Below, piece after piece: positions 26,870 to 40,960 of a DNA stretch of 64,000 bases. Source of the DNA: Cenococcum geophilum (taxonomy: Eukaryota); the NCBI GenBank assembly GCA_050273025.1, contig CP158635.1:18600001-18664000 (forward strand), read 5' to 3'. How positions within the stretch are numbered: the stretch's first letter is position 1; every line of letters starts with the position of its first letter. The position numbers and the translations under genes were made by a program. The notes under the pieces are model-generated. The model was not told the DNA's origin, made no database searches, and saw only the letters and a program-made list of their open reading frames with translations.

Positions 26870-29425
26870 TTACCTTCTATTACTATTTCCCTTATAACCT
26901 AGAACTAATTTAGCATATTTTAACTAATAAGCCACTAGGTAACCGCCTTAAGGCCTTTTTATATTAAGAGTAGTATATTATAGTTCTCTATACTAGCTGC
27001 TAAGAGCATTGTTTCTTAATTAGTGCGTAGGGGGTATAGTAGTATTACATGTTTTAGTGTCTGTCTTAGCTAGCTATATTTATATCTTAGGCTACTTATT
27101 AGGATACCCACCTAGTAAAGCTAATCTTTTAGTCCTATTATTTCTGTTCTTAAGAGTGTTACTATTATATTTTCTGCCTTTATTAGGCCTTCTTAGAGCC
27201 CTTAGGTATTTACCCCCTATAGTATTAACTATACTATAGCTTAGGTTTATTTTGCCTAAGTTAGCCTTTATACCTTTAACTCCTATTTACCTTTTTAGCG
27301 TTAGTCTAACTAGTATTATATTATAGTAGATGGTTTCCTAGCGTTCTTATATATTCTACTTTAACTCCTTTTTTTATCTTACTGTTATTTTTGCTAACCT
27401 CTTACGCGTCTCCTTTTCTACTCTATATAGGCCTAGGCCCTAAAGCGGCACTATTCTTCTTCTGCTTTCTTTACCTATTTCTTTAATATCTCTTCCCTAC
27501 TTTAGGGTTGTTGGTTTGTTCTCTTATAGGGCACCCTAGGGTCCCTCTATAGTTTACTTAGGCGTATCTTAATGTACTTTATAACATTAAAGTTACGTTT
27601 ATTTTACATTCTTTATATTATAGCGGCTTTAATATATAACTATAAGGGGGGAATATTAGATTCCTTCTTAAGCAGTACTGTGGCCGTTTACTTATACCCG
27701 CCTATAATACTCTAAAGGTAGGCTGTCTGGACCTTTTAAAGTAGTTTAAGGAGTAATTTAGGGGGGCTCTTTTTAGTTTCTCTAATAGCCTAAATACTGG
27801 ATCTATATATTATAGTTGGCCGAACGACTGCTATATATAGTAGGCGTAACCTCTAGAAGCATAGACCCTATATAGAATTAACAATCCTAAATAAAGCGAT
27901 AAACTGTGTTTAGCCTTTATAGGCCGCTTATACCGCATATACGCTCCACTAAAGCTTACTATCTACCTATACTCCTAATACCCTTAGGCCCTAAAGCCTT
28001 AGATGTGAATTATATACTAGAGATTTATAGATTAGTTGCGTTTTCTTATAAAATGGATTAGCTGGTATTTCTTTGGTAAGAATTGGACTCTATAATGTTT
28101 TGCCTATTCTATATAAGTGTTATAGGCTTTCTTTAGTGTTCTGCAATTCTTTGCGGCTATTAGCCCGTATATAATTAGGTTTATATTATTAATAAAGCCT
28201 ATTCCCTAGGTCGCCCCTTTTTTAAAGGAGTTAAGTAGGTTACTTATAAAGAAAAGGAAGAGTATAGGCGAGAGGGGTAATCCTTATGGTATTCCTGTTA
28301 TAACTATAATAGGGGGGCTCTGGTATCCGCTAAAGACTAATAATATTTCTTTTTAGCCTATAAACCCTTAGATAAATTGTATAATCTATTCTAGGAAGCC
28401 CTTTACCCTAAGGATATATAGGAGACGCTTATAGGGTATATTATTATAGGCACTACTAATATCTAGGCTAAGTATTAATACTATAAAGTCCTTTTGCATT
28501 GCCTATGTAGATTTAATAGTGGTAGTAAGTAGCGTAAGTACTAATAGTGTTAAGCGGTTCTTTTTTGCCCCTATTTGGCTTTATAGTAGTAGGGCGTGTT
28601 CCTCTACTATATCTACTATGTATTCTGCTATTACCCTTTCTAAGATCTTGCTAAGGGTGTTTTCTAAAGTAATAGGGCGGTAGCTTCCTAGGATTAAGTA
28701 ATCTACTTTACCTTCTTTTTATAGGATAACCGTTATTATAGATCTTCTAAGTTATAGGTAGTAGCCTATAGTAAAGTATGCTCTAGCTATATCTGTAAGC
28801 TAAGGTGCTATAAGTGGCCTATAGGTTTTTAGGGCCTTATTTAGAATTCTATCTAGTCCTAGTGCTATATTATTTAAAAGGCGGCTAATAGTTCTAGCTA
28901 TTTTCTCTGTTATTATATCGCTATTAACCCGCAGGCGAGTTACCGGTATTTCGCCCGTAATATTACTAAGGTCTGCTAGAGCTAGTTAGGGGAAGAACCT
29001 TTCTATAAGGATCTTTACCTTTTTATTATTGTTGTTTATGGCCTATAATTCTCCTACTCTTTATAGAGGTAGTAGGTGTGGGTCTTCTACTAAGCGCCCT
29101 ACCTTTTTCTTTACTTATTTTACTATAGCCTAAAGGCCCTTATTATGGGGGAGGCTTAGGTTAGAAGTATACTTATTTATAAACCGTCTCTAGTTATTCC
29201 TTACTTCTTTTTTTAGGGTATTCTTTAGCTAGTTTCTTGTGTCTTTATATTATCTCTTGTCTTTAGGGTTATAACTACTTATATATTTCCTTCTTACTTA
29301 TTATTAGCTAGTAACTAGAACTGCGTATTATATAGACTATATGTATCGCGTATAGGGGCCTAGTTTTAAGATCGGGCAGTACTCTTCTAGCCTATTTTTA
29401 ATTGCTGCCTAGATCCTTTCTAGTC

Positions 29426-29599
29426 TATCACGAGACAAGGTCAAGAGGCTCTAAGAAGGTCGTGGTATTGACTAAGTACATAACAGGATGTTGCACGAAG
29501 GTGCAAAGAGGTGCGGAGGCACCGTAGATTTATATACTGTGGGTGCCAAGGCTCGCCTAGGGCGAGCCCTTGGCGGTGCTACGGTCGGAATCCGTGACA
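29426..29599. mobile_element. Solo LTR (174 bp) inside LINE copy 2
   Basis: T(A)TCACG...CGTGACA inverted ends; 5-bp TSD TAGTC; absent from LINE copy 1 at the equivalent position. Confidence 0.9.
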
Positions 29600-30801
29600 T
29601 AGTCTTTAGTTGATTTCCTTGGGGGTAGCTAATAAGCCTCGCTTATTTAATATTAGGTGGATTTCTTCTAGGTCTTAGAGTTGTTATTTAACTATATTAA
29701 GGAAACTGTCTGTCTTAAGCTTCCTTATTGCGTATCTTTTTCTATTTAGTTGCGCTTTAGTATCTAGGTCTAGCTATATCTAAATAGGGATATGGTCTAG
29801 GGTAAGTGCCTATTTTTCTTTAGGGTTGCACCTTTTAAGTCTCTGGTATAGGCCTTTGTTTATAAATATAAGGTTAATTATACTTTTAGCGGTGCCTTAT
29901 TGCTATATAATTACTTCTAGGGGGGTGGCTAGCTTAAGGCCCCAGATATTTATAGCTCTTAGTAGGTACTCTAACTGTTAATCTGTAGTAATATGGATAC
30001 CCCCCTACCGTGGGTAATAGAGGTTTATATCTCCTAGTAGGATAGACTCTATACCTTCGGTTTCTAGTAAGCTTATTACTAATATAATATTCTCTGTTTA
30101 TAGGACCCCTTTAACCCTAGGGTTATATACATTAATAATTTGTACCGGTCCCCTATATATTTAAATTGTTATAACTGTAATATCTGGGTTAACTACCTGC
30201 TATGACTATAAGGATAGGCTGATAGCCTTGCTGATTATAAAGCATACGCGTATGGCTGCTTTTGGTTCGTATAGGAGCTGGAATCCTTAGGGGCAGTATG
30301 TTGATTATGTGAAGGTATTATAATACGGTTCTTGTATAGCAAGGATATAGTGTTTCTCTGGGTTTAGACTGTCTAGTAGGGGCCTTACAAGGCGGTGGTT
30401 TGTGTTGCCGTAGTTATACTATATAATGGATAGGTGGCGGACCCCCGGCGAGGGTCCTTTGACTCTCCTTCGTTCCTTACTTCTTCTGTTTCCACTTTCT
30501 TTAAGATATTCGGAGCTTCTATCTCTTATATCTACACCTTAGTTACTACTTATTTTATATAGAGCTTTCCATTTCCGTGTCTTATATTCCTGTTAGCGCT
30601 TCTATATCTAAATCTGTTATTAGAAGGATAATATAAAGTTAGAAAAAGAGGAACCCTAAAGGAAGACTCTTCTCTAGAGTTAAAAGGGATTAATATATTA
30701 TATATTAATCTAGGTCGGCTAATTAGTAGAAAAAGCTACACTATCCCTTATACTTTATTCTGTAATAAATATTAAGTTTTAACCTCTACTTTAGCTAACT
30801 C

Positions 30802-33800
30802 TGTTACGGACGCTTTAAGTACAATATTATGACTACTTGGAGAAGAGACGGAAGAAGCTAGTTAGTTAATTTAAGCACGGTTTAGGATGGAGCCAATAGA
30901 ACTATGTGACGAGGAATGGTAACTAAGGTTATATAATGCGCTACGTATTAAACGAGAGGAACGAGAGGAACTTACGTACCTTACGTATAAGACGTACATC
31001 ACGTACAAAAAGGTATTTCATAGGAGTACGGTTGTGTATTTAAGGACCCTTAGTCCCTACCTAGATAGTTCCTTCTTTATAGTAATTCTTAGAATATAAT
31101 TAGAGTTAATCTATTAGGCAACCACTCTACCAGTTATTATTACGTTATTAACTTTATACTTATATTCCTACACACCTAGCCCAATAACGAGCCCATCGTA
31201 GTTCTTGCTACAAGGTTCCGTTATATAATTACTACCTAGTTACGGTATTAATATAAGAAGTTAAATAACAATATGCCACCAAAAGCAGCTACCATAATGC
31301 CATTAACGGCAGCAACTACTTTAGGGACAGGAGGTGATACCAGTATGGCAGACACTAACTTACAGCAACCTATAACGGTTGGATAGCTATAGGAAATAGT
31401 TAACTAGCTAATAGCTAATAATATAGTATTAGAAGAAAGACTTAATGGGATAGAAGTAGCAAAGATTAAGCTATTATTAATTAAGAGATTTATAGGAGAA
31501 AGGTTAAAGCTTAAAGGATTCCTTACGTAAATGCACTTTAAGGTCTTATAGGAAGAAGTAAAGTTACCTACACCCATGGATTAGATAGCCTATGTAGGAC
31601 TATTCTTATTAAAAAAAGCACTTAAGTAGTTTAAACCTTACCTTATGGAGATATAGGCAAATAGAATAACGACTACTAACTAAGATATACGATTTATGTT
31701 TTTAAGTTAGGAAGGATTCACAGAACGACTTATATAGATGTTTAGAAACCCAGAAGAAACAACTATAGCGGAAAGAAAACTCTAAAACCTTATGTAATAA
31801 ACTTTAGCAATTAAGTATACAATATAATTCTAAACACTAGCAATATAAGTAGAGTAGAATAATAGGGTGCTTATGGCATAGTATAAACAGGGACTTAAGG
31901 CTAAAGTTTAGGACGTAATTATTCTAATAGAAGATGCGGACACCCTAAGGGAACTAATAGATTAGGTAATTAAGATTAATAATTAGATCTACTAAAGGGA
32001 ATAGGCTAAGAGAGGCTAGGATAGAGTTCTATAGTTATATAAGGCGCAAAGTACACAATAACAAAAGCTAAGTTAAAAACTATAGTATAGCGTAAAGCTA
32101 ATAGACCTAAGTGGTACTAAAAAAGCCTATAAGAGATAGAGTAAACTATAAAAACCTAAAGGACAAGGATTAAGTAATTAAAGGTCTAAAAAGCAAAGGC
32201 TAAATTAAGGATCTTAATAGCAGAAGACATTTAGGCGGACTCTATAGTAAGAGAAATGGTTTAAAGAAGGAGCTTATATAAATTGCGGAAAATAGGGTTA
32301 CTATATTAGAGACTATAAAGGCGGGCAAAGTTACTACGTAGTAAAAGGCATAAGACCAATAGACGATATACATATATAGAGGGATGACAATATACTACGA
32401 GGAACAAAAGAGTGTTTAATTAAAAGTTTTACGTTTTGTTATAACAACGTATACTAAATTTATAAGGACGCTAAGTATGGCGCAAGCTATTAGCTATAAG
32501 AGCTAGCACCTATAGGATATAGAGGAACTAATAAACTAGTTTACAGATCGAATATTAAGGATAATAAATTTAACCTAAGCAAAATATTCCGTAATAATAA
32601 GGTAATAAGGGCCGCTTACTAGGAGCGAGTAGACCTCAGAGATGTTATACTAGAGGTAGAGGATAATTCCACTACAGAATAAGGAACATTAGTAGGGATT
32701 AAAACCCTACTAGATATAATGTCTATTACTTTATAAGACGTAAGAGAAGTAGGATAGCGAACCACTTTAGCACTTAATAAAGGCAAAAGGCTAAAAGCTT
32801 GAGATTCTTAAGACAAGATAAGAGACAACTAAGATTCTTAAGACGAGATAAGGCGTACCCTAGGACCTATAACGGACGAAAACCGATAAAGCAGGGCAGT
32901 AGCTTAGTTTAAAAATATACGAATGAGCTTAGAATAAAGTTTCCTATAGATATAAGACTCTTAAGACGAGATAAGTAAAATTTAAGACTCTTAAGACAAG
33001 ATAAGAACACTATAGACGCCTAGTTAAACTAAGGCGGGAGCCAAGCTTAAGTTAGAAGTAAGCTTAGGATTAAAGAATCTAAAGGACTAAGATTTTGGAG
33101 TATAAATAAGGATACCTATAGGCAAGAGGTAAGGAGCTTCTTTATAGATTAGAGAATCTATAATATAAATAGCAGTTAGATTAGGAGATAGATATATAGA
33201 CCTAGAAGACTTACTAGGGGAATATAGTGTTTAGCCTAAAGATTAAAAGTTTAATACTAGGATTAAGAAGTAAGACGACTTTAAGGATTAAGGCGTAAGG
33301 CGCAAACTAAAAGAAACTATAGAAGAATTTAGGCAAAGAATTATTATATAGCAAGAATAGAAACTAGATAAAAGATCTAGTATATTAGGATATATAAAGG
33401 ACAGAGCACTAGTATAAAGAATTACTAATAGGCTAAGAGCAGGTATACTAAGAGCTAAGTGGCTTACTAAACTAGAAAATGAAGAGGATCTAGGGATTTT
33501 AACTAGGTTCAAAAAATAATATATAAAAGGCTATCACAATATAGTAATAAAAAGATACTTCCTTATGGATAGACCATATACACTCTAGTAGCTATACTAA
33601 AAGTGGTATAGGTAAAGGCATAATAATAAATAGGAAGATTTCTATATATAGTTGGATAAAAAAGTTATTTAGGACTACCTAATTATAGAGAAGGCCATAA
33701 TACATATTAAAGGAGCCTTAATTATAACGTTAAAGGATCTAGAGGAATGTTTAGAGGACTGGAGAAGCGAGAGACGTATCTTAGTACTTGCGAATAAAGT

Positions 33801-36800
33801 CGTAACGTTTAGATTAGTACGATAAAGGTTTAAACTTAGGGACGAAGACGAGCTAAGAGTTAACCTAAAGCACCTAGTATACTATACGTTATTATAGATT
33901 GCGTATATAGACAATATATACAAAATGCATAAGAATCCAAAGGAAAAGAATTGGAAATACCCTATAAGAATATACTGGATAACGGATAAATAATAGTATA
34001 GGAATGCTAAATATATATATAGATGGCATCCAGCAGAGGTTTAAGAGGAAGGAAGTGTAATACTTTAACTAGGAAGATTTCTTATGGAAGAATGCTTAGA
34101 CGGACGATAGTAGTAGAAATGCCTAAAAAATATATATCTATAGTATATTAAAGATAAAAAGCGAACTAGGTATTAGCTAAAGAGTAAGCTAAGTGCACTA
34201 GGATTAAGCAGCTAATAGTTAGGAAAAGTAGAGGCCTATAGAACTAGAGGGAGCTAGTGGTAGAGCCTTAGACCCTTAAAGGAATTTAAGGACAATACCT
34301 AAATTTATAAATTAATTGGTAGGATTAGCAGTTTAAAGCGCTAATAGATAGTAGAGCAACGCGAAACTATATCTTACTAGTAGCAGTTAAGAGAATAGGA
34401 CTACCTTATAGACAGAAGGAGTAATTTTACCTATTAGTTATGATTTTAGGGGATCTAATAACCTATAGAGGAGGGATTATTAATCTTAAAATAGGACCTA
34501 TTTAGATAACTATTAAAGGAAGATAAATTAAGATATCTTTTAATATCCTACTATTAGGACAGGACGAGGTAGTATTAAGTATGCCTTAGTTACAGGAATA
34601 TAATTTAAAGATTAATTAGATTACGGGTTAGATTAATATTAAAGATACTTAACGCCGTAAGATGTAATAATAAGCTAAGTTGGTATAGTACTAAGTAGGA
34701 GCAATCTATAAAGAAGTAGAAAAGGGACTAAGTTATATACTAAAGAGATACTATAAGTATGGCAAAAAACTATGGTTACTAGAAAGTAAAAAGCTGTTAA
34801 AATATGCAGTATAGGACTATAAAATAGAATTGGAACTAGAAATAAGTTTAAGGTTTTTTCTAATCTACAAGCTTACTAAAGAAGAAGGTAGAGCGCTAAA
34901 AGAGTTTATCTAGGAAAATTTATGAAAGGGATATATTAGACCATTATAGTTATTAGCGGGTTATCTAGTACTGTTTGTACTAAAAAAAAATGGTAAACTA
35001 AGGTTGTATATTAACTATAGACAGTTAAATAGTATTACTAGGAAGGATAGGTATCCTTTACCCTTAATTAGCGAAATCTAAGACAGGATAGGTAATGCGT
35101 AAATCTTTATGAAGATAGATCTGAGATGGGCGTACTATTAGATTAGGATTAAGGAAGGTAATAAATAAAAGGCAGCCTTTAGGTTAAAGGAAGGACTATA
35201 TAAATTATTAGTTATATAATTCGGACTTATAAACGTACTAGTAATGTTCTAAAAACGTATTAATAATATATTAGGGAAATACTTAGACGAATTTGTTATA
35301 GCATACCTCGATAATATTATTATCTATTTAATAACTAAGGAAGAATATAGGGAACACGTTAAATAGGTTTTAAAGAGACTATAAGAAGAACAGATATTAG
35401 TAGCAATTGAGAAATGCGAGTTTTTTACTAGGAAGACCGATTTTGTTAAATTTATTATTAAACTAGGCTAACTTAGTATAGATCTAAAGAAGATTAAGGC
35501 TATAGTAAATTGGTAGGAACTAGAGAACGTTATATAGTTAAGATTGTTTTTAGAGTTTTATAATTACTATAGAAGGTTTATAGCGTAGTAGTTAAAGGAT
35601 ATTAAGCTATTTACGCGGTTAATAAAGAAAGAAGAACTATAGGTATGGGGAGAGGAGTAAAGAGAACTCTTTAAGAAAGTTAAAGAGTTGTTTACCCAGG
35701 AGCCAGTTTTTAAAATCTATTAACTAGGACTAGAGATAGTTGTAGAGATAGATGTATTAGATTATATACTAGGGGCGTGCTTTATATAAAGGTATTAAGA
35801 TAGATAGCACCCAGTGGTATACTATAGTCGGAAGATAACACTATTAGAGTTAAACTATAACATCTATAATAAGGAGTTATTAGGTATAGTTATAGTATTA
35901 AAAGAATAAAGGGCATTCTTATAAGGTATAGAGAAACTATTTATAGTTAAGACGGATTATAAAAACCTAATAGGATTTCTAATAACGAAGGAACTTAACT
36001 AAAGATAGGTTAGATGGGCAGAGATGCTTATAGAATACTATTTTAAGATTTAGTATACTAAAGGAACAGATAATATGCGGGTAGATACTTTAAGCTATAA
36101 AGCTAAACTATAAAATAAGGAAAAGCTATTAGGGGCTTTATTACAAAAGGATATAGATAGATTAATTAGGTATAATTATCCGGAAATTGTAGTAACTTAA
36201 GAAGATAATAAACTAGAGAAAGTCTATAAGACGCTGGAAAGCTTTTAGGCATAAAGAATTCTAAAAGCACAGCTAGAAGATCTATAGACGGATATATATA
36301 AAAATTAAGAAGCGAAATACATCCTAAGAAGTATAGTAGAGTAGTTTATAGAAGACTTTTATAAGGGACTAACTTAAGGACATAATAGGGCTACGGGCTT
36401 AGTGTTAAGACTTTAGAAGGAATATATTATTAACGGAATCTAGAGAATAGCTAGAAAAGTTATAAAGGAATGTTTAGATTGCTAAAGGAATAAACCGACA
36501 AGGCATAAGCTATATAGAGGGCTACAACCTATTAAAATACTAGAGAGACTATAGGAGGTTATATTATAGGACTTTATTATTAAGTTACCAAAATTAAAGG
36601 ACCTAATTACCGGATAAGATTATAACGCGATCTTAGTAATAGTGGATAAGCTTATAAAGTGGGGATACTTTATAGCATATACAGAAGAAATCTTAGCGGA
36701 AGATATTGCTAGAATCTACGTTAAAGAAGTGTTTATAAGATATAAAGTACTAAGCAAAATTATATTAGATAGAGATCTAAGATTTATAGTAGTATTCTAG

Positions 36801-38753
36801 GAAGTGTTCTTAGCAGAGCAAGGAGTTTAAGTAGTAACTTTTATTATATATTATCTATAAACAGACGGTTAAACGGAAAGATTAAATTAGATACTAGAAT
36901 AATATCTAAGGCATTATATTAATTATGCATAGAATAATTAGGTATCGCTATTACTAGTTATATAATTTGCATATAATGTAACACCTTAAGAAGGAATAGG
37001 TATATTACCATTTAAGGCAAATTATAGATATAAGCTAAGAACATCGTTATTACTACGGTAAGTAAAGAAAATAAGTAGTATAGCTAAAGAAAGGATAAAG
37101 GATTTAATAAATCTTTATACAAACCTTATAGAGATAGCTAAAGTAGTATAATAGAGAATGAAAAGGTACTATAATGCTAAGAGATCTAAGGGACCAGATC
37201 TTAAGGAGGGAGATAAAGTATAGCTATTATATAAAAATTTTAAGAGTTAACGACTAAGTAAGAAATTGGACCATGTTAGATTAGGACCTTTTAAAATTAT
37301 ATAAAGGATTTTACTAGTTACGTTTAAGTTAAACCTACTAGCCAAAATAAAGATCTACCCTATACAGCATATTATAATACTAGAGCCAGCATATAGGAAT
37401 ATTAAGCCACCAGTTTATAAAGCAGACATATATAGAGGATAAAAAGAAGACAAATAGCAAGTTTTAAAAATCGTTAATTATAAGGACATTAACAACAAAA
37501 TATGGTATAAGGTTAAGTAGATAGGCTATACTAAGACTACCTAGAAACCACTAGAGAATTTAAAAAACACTATAAGAAAGGTACAGGAGTATTAAAAGAA
37601 ATTAGGTTAGGCAGTATTAATAAAAAAGGATCGCTAAAGAATAAGTTACCTAAAGGGGACCTAAGAAGAGCAGTTACCGAACTACTTAGATCTATTTCCT
37701 TCTCTATTGGAAGAGAATCCGTTCTTTTATTACCTAGTTCCTATAAACCTTATTTTATAAGTTTCTACTCCTTAGAACAAACCTTCTTATAAACCTTCTT
37801 AAGACAAAGTAAACGAGTAGACGCCGTAATTTAAGCATTTAGGGCCTTCTGTTCTGCGTTATGGGAACGTTCTAACTTAGTAAGGGCTTGCGATAGTTTA
37901 CTATTTAGCCGCGTAGCAGTAGATTAAATATAAGACCCTAAGATAAATTAATTAGGGAACTAGACGACTATTAAGAGTAATAGGTTGCATATATTTAGCA
38001 TTAAAAGTAGAGCGAACGTCATAGGACAAGTAAATATTCGCTTTAGTATACTTTAAGCAAGAGGACGGTTGTTATAAAGATGGGTTCGCTAACGTAATAT
38101 AAACTAATCCCTCTTTCAAACAATAAGAATACGGAGATAGTATGATTTTACTAAGAGATAATATTGCAGTAATAGTGCGGGCACGACGTTAGGCGTATAA
38201 AGAAGAAATTGCTTTAGGTATAATAAGTAATAATAGTAACTAAATTAATTAGACGGATATTATACCTCTAGTAAATAACTTAGAGATATTTTAAATCTTT
38301 AAGGACGAAGATAAAGAGGAGGGAGATGGTGTTACGGACGCTTTAAGTACGATGTTATGACTACTTAGAGAAGAGATAGAAGAAGCTAGTTAGTTAATTT
38401 AAGCACGGTCTAGGATGGAGCCGATAGAACTATATAATAAGGAATAGTAACTAAGGTTATATAATGCGCTATATATTAAATAAGAGGAACGAGAGGAACT
38501 TACGTACCTTATGTATAAGACGTATATTATATACAAAAAGGGATTTTATAGGAGTACGGTTGTATATTTAAGGACCCTTAGTCCCTACCTAGATAGTTCC
38601 TTCTTTATAGTGATTTTTAGAATATAATTGGAGTTAATCTATTAGGCAACCACTCCACCAGTTATTATTACGTTGTTGACTTTATACTTGCATTCCTACA
38701 CACCTAGCCCAATAACGAGCCTATCGTAGTTCTTGCTACAAGGTTCCGTTACA
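30802..38753 (+). mobile_element. Full-length Gypsy/chromovirus LTR retrotransposon A (7.95 kb), RIPped
   Basis: LTRs 30802-31225 and 38330-38753; TSD AACTC; PPT GAGGAGGGAGATGG; gag ATG 31273 with CCHC relic ~32275-32320; pol ~34270-37640 with LIDSRAT protease, KDRYPLP/YLDNII RT, RNaseH, integrase, chromodomain. Confidence 0.95.
37570..38221 (-). pseudogene. Antisense accessory gene relic in Gypsy A: Zn(II)2Cys6-like motif + coiled coil, probable intron
   Basis: Translates colinearly with the copy at 40961-41612; the 3' end is approximate. See findings. Confidence 0.65.
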
Positions 38754-40960
38754 AACTCTAGAGTAAATACTTTTACCTTAATAAATACCTAGTATACTGT
38801 AAAGCTAGCTAACTTTTTAAATATACCTATTAAAGAACTGCCTAAACTAATTTTTATTATAGGTATAACGGGCGGATAGGGCCACCTATTATAACTATCT
38901 TGTGGATTTACCTCCGTATTAATAGATAAAGGTAGTATAATATTCCCTTCCTTATTACGGACCTAGGAAGTTATAATATAATCTTAAAAAGAAAATGGCT
39001 AGCCTATTTAGGCTTATAGCTTAATATATAGAGTAAGGGGCTTATTTAGCCCAAAACCTTACCCCTAACCCCTTTTTTTATAAAAGAAATTAGCATTATA
39101 ATAGAAAACCTTATGCAGCCCTAAATTAATACTATTTACTAGGCAGATGCTATATATAAGGACTAGGCCTTTAAGAAAGATATATAGCTTAACCTATAAC
39201 GGATCCGTATACTATACTGCCCCTAGACTAGCTATACTACGCTACCTATACTAGAGACCTAGAAAGCTAGTAGTAATTTAGCTAAGTTAACTATAGAGGA
39301 TTTAGGCCCTATATAGCTATAAAGGAAAGCTAGAAATATTAGACGCTATACTAAACTAATAGATAGGAAAGATAACTTATAGAAAATAGAATATAAGCTA
39401 AGGAAGACTATAGACCCTATATCGTAAAATATGACCTAATAGATATTTATAAAGAAACTAGCGGACCTCCTACTAGTTAATATCTGCTATATTAGTACCG
39501 TAGGATTCTACTAGAACTTAGTTTAGTCTAATACTATTACCTTTACAACTAGCTTATATAAAATTAATTAAATAATTAAAAAAAAGGAAGGTAAGCTTAG
39601 TAGACTAAAAAGTAAACTTATAGATAAGGAACTAGTGGAATAAAAGCTACCCTATTAACACTAGAAATTTAAGGACGTATTCTTTAAAGTAGCGTCTAAT
39701 ATACTTCTACCTTATTAACCCTATAACTATAAGATTAAGATTAAGCAGGGTAAGAAAAATACCCTTAGCTTTAGCCCCCTTTATAAGCGGTTTATTACCG
39801 AATTATAGGCTATAAAGTAGTATCTTATTAATAACCTAAATAAGGGCTTTATTAAGCCTAGCTAAGCCCCTTTTACTTTACCTATTCTCTTTATTAAAAA
39901 GCTAAATAGAGAACTTTACTTCTATATTAACTACTATAAGCTAAATAATAGAACCCGTAAGGACCGCTATCCGCTATCCCTACTTAATAAAACTTTAGCC
40001 TAAATAAGTAGAGCTAAGGTCTTTATAAAGCTTAATATCCGCTAGGCCTTTTATTAAATTAGAATAGACCCTAGGTCTAAGGATTTTATTATATTTTAGA
40101 CCTATTACGGAACGTATAAATATAAGGTACTTCCTTTTAGACTAACTAACGGACTAGCTACGTACTAGCGGTATATAAATAATATACTCTTTAACTACCT
40201 TAATAACTTCTATACGGCCTATTTAGACGATATTATAATCTATTTTAAGAATAAGCTAGAATATAAGGAGTATATCTATAAAGTCCTATAATGGCTCCGC
40301 GAGGCTAGCCTTTAGGTTAATATTAAGAAGTTAAAGTTTAGTATTAAGCGTATAAAGTACCTAAGCTTTATTATTAATATAAACGGAATTAAAGCCAACC
40401 TAGAGAAAACGGCTATAATTAATTAGTAGGCACTGTAACGAAGCCTTATAGTAGGAACTACGGTAGACTTATTAATGGGCCGGGTATATAGGTAAACAAG
40501 AAGTTAATAATGTAATAATAACTAGTGGAGTGGTTGCCTAACAGATTAACTTTAATTATATTCTAAGATTTACTATAAGGAAAGAACTATCTAGGTAGGG
40601 ACTGCGGTTCCTTAAATATATAACTATACTCTTAAGAAATCCTCCTTATATGTAATATACGTATAGTATATAAGATACGTAAGTTTCTTACGTTTCTTTT
40701 GTTTAATATAGAGTATATTATATAACCTTAGTTACTATTCCTCGTTATATAGCTTAACTATTTCCATTCTAGACTATGCCTATATTAACTAACTAGCTTT
40801 TTCCAACTCCTCTCCTAGTAGTTATAATATTATACTTAAAGTGTCCATAACACCATTTCCCTTCTCTTTATCTTTATTCTTAAAGATTTTTAGTATCTCT
40901 AAGTTATTTACTAGAGGTATAATATCCGTCTAATTAATTTAGTTAATATTGTTGCTTATT

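Larger units (their letters stand above)
20676..30620 (-). mobile_element. Tad1-like LINE copy 2 (longer: end of ORF1 + all of ORF2), interrupted by Gypsy G and a solo LTR
   Basis: 16-bp TSD TAGAAGGATAATATAA (20660-20675, 30621-30636); reverse-complement match to LINE copy 1; APE N-terminus YNYGNTNH..ILAIQEP near 30330-30420. Confidence 0.9.
19138..40433 (+). mobile_element. Gypsy LTR retrotransposon F (5' LTR, gag, protease, RT) in fragments 19138-20675, 30621-30801, 38754-40433; remainder displaced beyond the window by Gypsy B
   Basis: LTR 19138-19390 is homologous to solo LTR 42156-42392; gag motifs FNNWKL.L.DKL..N.DYFPT..AKIAYVF; RT motifs KDRYPL, KLNIR.AF..IRI, YLDDIIIY. Fragments rejoin at the TSDs of the inserted elements. 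Confidence 0.85.

Noticed and set aside
39060..39072. Telomere-like CCCTAACCC
   Set aside because: Single unit inside a protease relic, not an array.
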